Shown here: positions 57,948-64,000 of the stretch, piece after piece
How positions within the stretch are numbered: position 1 is the first letter of the stretch
Layout of the letters: every line of letters begins with the position of its first letter
Origin: Longimicrobiales bacterium
GTDB lineage: Bacteria > Gemmatimonadota > Gemmatimonadetes > Longimicrobiales > Gaopeijiaceae
Reading direction: 5' to 3'
DNA length: 64,000 bases
Assembly (NCBI GenBank): GCA_965203485.1
Contig: OZ241892.1
Span: forward strand, 3,392,001 to 3,456,000
Program-made: the position numbers and the translations under genes
The notes under the pieces: generated by a model
The model's database searches: none
What the model was told of the DNA's origin: nothing
Seen by the model: only the letters and a program-made list of their open reading frames with translations

Positions 57948-60900
57948 CTAACGCCTCCGGTCCCAGAAGTCCACCGGCCGGTCGTCCTTGCGCCAAGCGC
58001 CGGGCTCCACCCACCAGTGCTCGCCGTAGGGCGTCTGCTTCGGCCAGATTTCGTCCAGGGTCGTCGCATCGCGCACGATTCCGCCCTGCACGACGTACAA
58101 GATGTCCGTCGTGTTGCGGATGTCGTCCAAGGGATTGGAGTTGAGCACCAGCAAGTCCGCCAGCTTGCCCGTTTCGATCGTTCCCAAGTCCTGGTCGGCG
58201 CCCAGGAACACAGCGCCATGCACGCTGGCGACCTCCAATGCGGTCATAGGGTCCGAAGCCGATTCGACCATCCATATCTCCCAGTGAGTGGCGATGCCGT
58301 GAGCCTGTCCGTGGGACCCGATCGCGCCCCATCCGCCCGCCTCCACCACGTCCATCATCCCCTGCGCGATGAACGGAAAGCTGTAGTCCGTATCGGGCCG
58401 AATCCAGCGGCGGCGCATATGGGGAATCACCTGTCGCCAGGGCATCCATCGTCTTTGCTTCTCGTCCAACCACACGTCGCTCTCGGCGAAGAAGTACTCT
58501 TCGTTCCACGGACCGATGCCTCCCACGACGAAGGTCGGCGAGTACGTGGCGCCGGCGCGTCCCAGGAACTGGCTCAAGTCCCGGTACATGGGCAGATACG
58601 TCATGGGGTGCTCGAATCCCGTCTGCCCGTCCATGATCATTCCGATCGTGTATGGGATGTCGTTGTTCTCCGACGTGACCATGAGGCCCTTGGCGCGGGC
58701 GATGTCCGACACCCACTGGCGTTGGTCCCGGCGCGGCTGCAAGTACTGCTTCACGGCAGTCGCGCCCCAGGAGGCCAGGCGGTTGATGTTCTGCTCCGCG
58801 ACCTCGTAGCTCGCCAATTCGTTCTGCCTGGGTCCGTCTCCCCTGTACAATGGATCGCCCGTGGAGAAGGTGCGCGGCCCGGCGACCTGCCCCGCGCGGA
58901 TCAGCTCGCCGCTGGCAAACACGTTCTGCGACCACATCGAGTTGTCCAAATTGGTCGTCACGCCGTAGGCCAGATAGACTGCCGACTCGAAGTCGCGCTT
59001 TGGGATCAGTCCCCTGTGCTCGCGATAGTGGTGTGCGTGCATGTCCACGAATCCGGGGACGATCGTTTTTCCGGTCATGTCCAGCACGCTATCCGCTGAA
59101 GACGCGTCGCACGCACCGGCGCACGCTATGCGGCTTCCGTCGACGATCACCGTCCCGCCTTCGACGATCTCCCGATCCTTCAGCGTCAAGATGCGCGCGT
59201 TGGCCAAGGCCAGCGTGCCTTCGGGGATGCGCCGGGGGACCTGCAGATCAATGGACACCGTGTCCGTCGAGCCGTTCGCCACGTCGTGCACGAAGAAGCG
59301 GACACCATTGCCGTACTCGAGCTCGTCGTCGTTGCGCCAGCGCGGGTAGAGGCCCCCTTCCGTCGTGAGCCGCGCGACGGGCACTGGCGCTCCGTCCTTC
59401 TTGAGCGCCACTGGCGTTCCCCCGGCGCCGCCGGGAGGCAACGGGGCCCAGAACACATTGTCGCCCTCCTGAAATGCCACGCGGCCGCCGCCCGGCGACA
59501 CGACGAACTCGTCGCCGAACGGGATCGTGGCGTGTACGCGCAAGTCCGAGCCGTCTCCCCGCACCGACATGAGCGCGGTCGTGGTCTCGCCCGCCTCCGA
59601 AGCGTGGCGCGACGGAAAGTGGATGCGTCTTCCCCGGCCGAACGACGCGCGCACGATCTGCCTCCGGTTGCCGCCCAGGCCCGCCGTGCCCTCGGGCAAA
59701 GTCAAGACGCGCGTTTCGGCGTTGCCGTCGGCCGCCACCCGCCACAGCTCCCAGTACGGATTTTGGGTCGCCGACCTCGCCCGCGAGGCCGCTCCCGATC
59801 CCCGCGTCACCACAATCTCCGAGCCGTCGGGGCTCCACACCGGATGCACGTACTCCGACGGCGACCGGGTGAGTCGCTGGGGCGCATCCCCGCGTCCGTC
59901 CGCACGCGCCTTCCAGAGGTGGCCGCCCGTCTCGCCGTCCCATGTCGCATAGGCAATCCAGCTTCCGTCGGGCGACCACGCGGGGGAGTACTCGAACGGG
60001 CCGTCGCCCAAGGTCAAGCGCCGCGGCCGCACGCTACCGTCGGCCGAAGCGATCCATATGCGGCCCACGGCCTGGAAAGCGATCCGCGACCGGTCGGGCG
60101 AAGCGCCGTACCAACGCAGCATCTTGGCCTGGAAGGGCCCGTCGTCGATCCGGAAGCGGGCTCGGGCCATCTCCGACAACATCCGTTGCACGCGCGCTTT
60201 GAAGGGCACGGTGGTCACCTCGCCGCTGGCCACGTCCAGCCTGCGTATCTTGCCGCCCTGGGTGATCACGATGCCCGATCCGTCGGCGGTCCAGCCGTAG
60301 CCCGGCAGAATGCGCAGCGTCTTGATGCCCTCTGCGTTGTCAACCGTGACCGGGTCCATGGCGACCCGCTCGGCGCCGGTGTGCAAGTCGCGTATCCAGA
60401 GCGCCGTGCGGGGACCGAAGGTGTGGCCCCGATAGGAGATCGTGCCGTCGGCGACGCGACGCGCAAACGCCAGCCAGCGCCCGTCCGGCGACACTTCCGG
60501 CGCGTACGCGCTGCCGCTGGAAGCCCGCACTTGCTGGGCCGCCGTGCCGCGCGTGACGTGCACGACTTCGCCCGTCTCCAAGTTCATGCGCCGAACCTGC
60601 CAGTGGCCCGCCATGGCGTCGCGTCCCTGAAGACCCTGCGGCCCCGTGTACACGTGAAAGTACAAGTGCCGTCCGTCCTTGGACGGCGACGGCCAGGCCG
60701 CCTGGGGCTGAGAGTCGTCCACCACCTGCACGCCCTTGCCCCCGTCCCTGTGATACATCCAAATCCCGCCGCCGCCGCCGGGTGCCAAGTTGCGCCTTCG
60801 CACGAAGACGTAGCTCCCGTCCGCGGACCACGCCGGCTCCACTGCCCGCACCATGGGCTCCTCGAAGACCGCTCGCGCGTTCGAACCGTCTGCGTCCATC

Positions 60901-61421
60901 AGCCACAGGTTGTTCTGGCCGTTTCGGTCGCTTATGAAGGCGATCGCCGACCCGTCGGGCGAGTAGCGGGGATGATAGTGCGTGGCCACGCCGGTACCGC
61001 CCGTGAGGAGTTCGGCGACGCCTCCGCCGTCGGCGGGCACCCTGTAGACGTGGCCCAGAAGGTCGAAGGCGATCCACCGTCCGTCCGGCGACACGTCCAA
61101 CGACATCCACGTCCCTTCCGCCGTGGTGAAGTCGATTTCGCGGGTCTCGCCCCTGGCCAGCGTGACGTCCCAGTCGTCTTGCGCAGCGGACTCGTCTTGG
61201 GCCGTTTCGTCCTGGGGTGCGGCGCGGTTGCCCGACGCGCTTTCCGGGGCTGTTGCCTTCGGGGCCGCCGGTTCGTGACGGCCTGCGGCCGCTTCCCGCG
61301 TCGCCGTCCCCTCCGTGGCCACAGCTTGGTTCGGCGCCGCTGGGCCTGCGAATGCGATGGCGGCGACGGCGGCGATGAAGCGGATCGCAATCGCGGGGAA
61401 CCATGGGACGCATGCTCGCAT
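57948..61421 (-). CDS. PD40/TolB-propeller + amidohydrolase fusion, secreted
   Basis: Multiple SPDG repeats; PGFVDMHAH, GSHGQ, GKLADL. Confidence 0.88.
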   Translation of the reverse strand: MRACVPWFPAIAIRFIAAVAAIAFAGPAAPNQAVATEGTATREAAAGRHEPAAPKATAPESASGNRAAPQDETAQDESAAQDDWDVTLARGETREIDFTTAEGTWMSLDVSPDGRWIAFDLLGHVYRVPADGGGVAELLTGGTGVATHYHPRYSPDGSAIAFISDRNGQNNLWLMDADGSNARAVFEEPMVRAVEPAWSADGSYVFVRRRNLAPGGGGGIWMYHRDGGKGVQVVDDSQPQAAWPSPSKDGRHLYFHVYTGPQGLQGRDAMAGHWQVRRMNLETGEVVHVTRGTAAQQVRASSGSAYAPEVSPDGRWLAFARRVADGTISYRGHTFGPRTALWIRDLHTGAERVAMDPVTVDNAEGIKTLRILPGYGWTADGSGIVITQGGKIRRLDVASGEVTTVPFKARVQRMLSEMARARFRIDDGPFQAKMLRWYGASPDRSRIAFQAVGRIWIASADGSVRPRRLTLGDGPFEYSPAWSPDGSWIAYATWDGETGGHLWKARADGRGDAPQRLTRSPSEYVHPVWSPDGSEIVVTRGSGAASRARSATQNPYWELWRVAADGNAETRVLTLPEGTAGLGGNRRQIVRASFGRGRRIHFPSRHASEAGETTTALMSVRGDGSDLRVHATIPFGDEFVVSPGGGRVAFQEGDNVFWAPLPPGGAGGTPVALKKDGAPVPVARLTTEGGLYPRWRNDDELEYGNGVRFFVHDVANGSTDTVSIDLQVPRRIPEGTLALANARILTLKDREIVEGGTVIVDGSRIACAGACDASSADSVLDMTGKTIVPGFVDMHAHHYREHRGLIPKRDFESAVYLAYGVTTNLDNSMWSQNVFASGELIRAGQVAGPRTFSTGDPLYRGDGPRQNELASYEVAEQNINRLASWGATAVKQYLQPRRDQRQWVSDIARAKGLMVTSENNDIPYTIGMIMDGQTGFEHPMTYLPMYRDLSQFLGRAGATYSPTFVVGGIGPWNEEYFFAESDVWLDEKQRRWMPWRQVIPHMRRRWIRPDTDYSFPFIAQGMMDVVEAGGWGAIGSHGQAHGIATHWEIWMVESASDPMTALEVASVHGAVFLGADQDLGTIETGKLADLLVLNSNPLDDIRNTTDILYVVQGGIVRDATTLDEIWPKQTPYGEHWWVEPGAWRKDDRPVDFWDRRR

Positions 61422-61762
61422 GGGGGAACCGTCTCTTTCGTCGTCGGTGGGATTCCTGATGGTCCAGGGGAGGCAAGGCGGGGCGTCTCAACTTGCGCTT
61501 TCGCGGCGTGCGGATGCAAGCTTGATGCGCCAAGCCCGCCGGGTGGCGCGAGGTGCGGAATTTGCTCCAGCGCGAGCGTGACCTGCATGTTCCCGGATGC
61601 ACCAACCCGCCCGCGGCGCCTGGTGCGCGGTTCCGGGCAACTTTCGTCGGGGGAACGGAGTGGGTGGGGTCGGCGAGCAGGCGGCGTGCGCTCATGGGCA
61701 AGGCTCCACGCGGTTTCCCCCTTAGCAATGGCCATCACCATAACCATGAAGGGAAGAGCCGT

Positions 61763-62695
61763 ATGAAGGGAACATCATCAGTCGCGTTGCGCGGGTCGGT
61801 TGGTTGCGCGGCGCTTCCGGCCTTGATCGCGCTGGCCGTCGCAGGCCTGGGCCCCGAGCCTGCGCACGGCCAACAGGACATGTCGGAGGTCGTGATCGAG
61901 ACGATCGAACTGGAGCCCGATCTGTTCATGCTGGTCGGCCGCGGCGGCAACATCGGCCTGTCCGTGGGCGACGACGGCGCGTTTCTGATCGACGACCAGT
62001 ACGCCCCGCTGACCGAGAAGATCTTGGCGGCGGTCGCCGCCGTCACGAACGAGCCGGTGCGCTGGGTGCTCAACACCCACTGGCACGGCGACCACACCGG
62101 CGGCAACGAGAACCTGGGCAAGGCGGGCGCGATGATCGTCGCCCACGAGAACGTCTACCGCCGCATGAATCCCGCCGAGTTCGGCGACCTCGTGGGTCGC
62201 TCCAACCAAGCCCCGCCGACCGGATTGCCGGTGGTGTCCTTCGACCACTCGATCCGCTTCCACTGGAACGCCCGCCACATCCAAGTCGCGCACGTCCCCG
62301 CCGCGCACACGGACGGCGATGCCCTCGTGCACTTCCCGCGCGCCAACGTCTTCCACATGGGCGACACCTTCTTCCACGGACGCTACCCATTCGTGGACGT
62401 GGACAGCGGCGGCGACATCGACGGCGTCATCGCCGCGGCCAACTTCGTGCTGGAGCGCGCCGACGCCGACACGCGGATCATCCCCGGCCATGGTTCGTTA
62501 GCGGGCCCGGAAGATCTGCGAGCCTATCGCGACATGTTGGAGACCGTCCGCCTGCGCGTCGCCCGCCTCCGAGCCGCAGGCCGCACCGAAGACGAGACCG
62601 TGGCGGCCCAGCCCACCGCGGACCTCGACGAGACCTGGGGCGCCAACCCGGAACGCTTCGTGCGAGCGGTGTACCGGAGCGTGGGGGCTGGGTAG
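61763..62695 (+). CDS. Secreted metallo-beta-lactamase fold (cyclase-like) hydrolase
   Basis: NTHWHGDHTGGN, AHTDGD, HMGD, PGHG. Confidence 0.87.
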   Translation: MKGTSSVALRGSVGCAALPALIALAVAGLGPEPAHGQQDMSEVVIETIELEPDLFMLVGRGGNIGLSVGDDGAFLIDDQYAPLTEKILAAVAAVTNEPVRWVLNTHWHGDHTGGNENLGKAGAMIVAHENVYRRMNPAEFGDLVGRSNQAPPTGLPVVSFDHSIRFHWNARHIQVAHVPAAHTDGDALVHFPRANVFHMGDTFFHGRYPFVDVDSGGDIDGVIAAANFVLERADADTRIIPGHGSLAGPEDLRAYRDMLETVRLRVARLRAAGRTEDETVAAQPTADLDETWGANPERFVRAVYRSVGAG

Positions 62696-62970
62696 TGTGA
62701 TCCCGCCGAGTGTATCTGTGGGCACTCAAGACCCGCTGACGCAGGTAGCCGAGTTTACCATGTCTTGCTTTTGTGTAGCAATCTCTTTCTGCGTCGGACA
62801 TGTCGAACGTCCACGCCTTGATCGAATATCGTCCACCAGATTTCTAGATTTGGTTCGCAAGGATCAAATCAACCTCTGCACCCGTCCATTTCTCAATCCG
62901 GGCGACTGAATTCGTTAACGCAAGCTGGGTTGCCCCTGTGCGTCCCGCCTGAAAGGACACATAACTGACC

Positions 62971-64000
62971 ATGGCCACATCGAATTCTAGAGAACCTGTC
63001 ACGACGACGATGATCTCTAACCTCACTTTTGATCGCCAGAATCCTCGCCTCGCTGAGTTTGAGATGCCTCCGACGGATGACGATATAATCGCTTTGCTGT
63101 GGGAAACGATGGATGTGCGGGAGTTGGTGTTGTCACTCTCGACAAGCGGTTTTTTCCCGCACGAACCGGTAATGGTCACGAAAGAAGACGGTCGCCTAGT
63201 CGTGATTGAAGGAAATAGACGACTTGCTGCCGCAAAACTTCTTTGTGATCCACATCTCGCAGAAAGATTGGGTGCTGACGTACCGCCGATCGATTCAAAA
63301 ACGAAAGCAAAAATTGAAAAAATTCCTACTGTATCTACTAGTCGTGAGAATGCTTGGCAGTATCTAGGCTTCAAGCATGTTAATGGACCTGCCAAGTGGA
63401 GTAGTTACGCCAAGTCGAAGTATGTCGCTACCGTACACAGGCAGTATGGCATACCTCTGACTTCCATAGCGAATCAGATCGGCGATACACATCGCACAGT
63501 GCAAAGATTGTATCGAGGACTGATGGTAATCGAACAAGCTGAGAAAGAAAGACTTTTTGACCGCAACGATCGATGGCGTAATCATTTTGCGTTTTCTCAT
63601 CTGTATACCGGGCTGGATTATCGTGGCATCAGTGAGTTCATCGGCGTGAGCGATGCATCAGATGAAATCCCTGATCCAGTTCCGACGACGAGAAAATGCG
63701 AACTCCGTGAGTTATTTCTATGGATATATGGAAGCAAGAGAGAAGATCGAGAGCCTGTCGTTCAACGGCAGAATCCTGATCTTCGTCGCTTAGATGTGGT
63801 CGTGTCTCACGAAGTGTCCCTTGCGGCCCTGCGATCAAACGTCGATTTGGCAGTTGCATTCGAGATGACTGTACCAACAGCAAATCTTTTTATCGAGTCG
63901 TTGGCAAACGCAAGAAACAGTCTTCAAAAAGCCCGTGGGTTGCTCGAGAGCTATGGTGGTTCCGAAGAACAACTGAGAACCGCAGGCACGATCGCGGTCA
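62971..64000 (+). CDS. ParB/Sulfiredoxin N-terminal domain protein (3' truncated by window edge)
   Basis: Absent from the ORF track because it has no stop in the window; translated by hand: FDRQNPRL, VVIEGNRRLAA, FKHVNGPAKW; low GC. Confidence 0.75.
   Translation, partial: MATSNSREPVTTTMISNLTFDRQNPRLAEFEMPPTDDDIIALLWETMDVRELVLSLSTSGFFPHEPVMVTKEDGRLVVIEGNRRLAAAKLLCDPHLAERLGADVPPIDSKTKAKIEKIPTVSTSRENAWQYLGFKHVNGPAKWSSYAKSKYVATVHRQYGIPLTSIANQIGDTHRTVQRLYRGLMVIEQAEKERLFDRNDRWRNHFAFSHLYTGLDYRGISEFIGVSDASDEIPDPVPTTRKCELRELFLWIYGSKREDREPVVQRQNPDLRRLDVVVSHEVSLAALRSNVDLAVAFEMTVPTANLFIESLANARNSLQKARGLLESYGGSEEQLRTAGTIAV

Overview
High-GC bacterial DNA. The gene repertoire (several 6-bladed propeller proteins, M14/S9 peptidases, PD40-amidohydrolase, class C-type serine hydrolase, large Ig-like-repeat autotransporters) suggests Gemmatimonadota, possibly host-associated; this is inference only. 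Ordinary genes flank the window (1-3.5 kb, 43-47 kb, 54-62.7 kb). The accessory middle has three parts. (1) From about 3.6 to 27.6 kb lie what appear to be three tandem, colinear versions of one ancestral gene array. Each keeps different genes intact and reduces the others to 19-430 bp scraps, at least some joined at 2-3 bp microhomologies. The array includes an ECF-sigma/AraC fusion regulator with a recurring bipartite motif (GTGTCCGAAAA-N22-AAGCGTTA). (2) A defence island at 27.6-43 kb holds a type III RM system, a TA remnant, an ISL3 with intact ends, a PHP-SMC ATPase (Ppl/TrlF-like) plus an AlbA_2/Schlafen protein, an ATPase-TOPRIM, and an ABC-ATPase + PIN pair. (3) Two paralogous autotransporters of about 2000 aa are nearly identical except for four central repeats that vary at patterned positions. 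A second low-GC island (ParB-N-domain gene) starts at the right edge. No rRNA, tRNA, CRISPR array, integrase or reverse transcriptase was recognised. All assignments come from reading motifs by eye; no database search was run.
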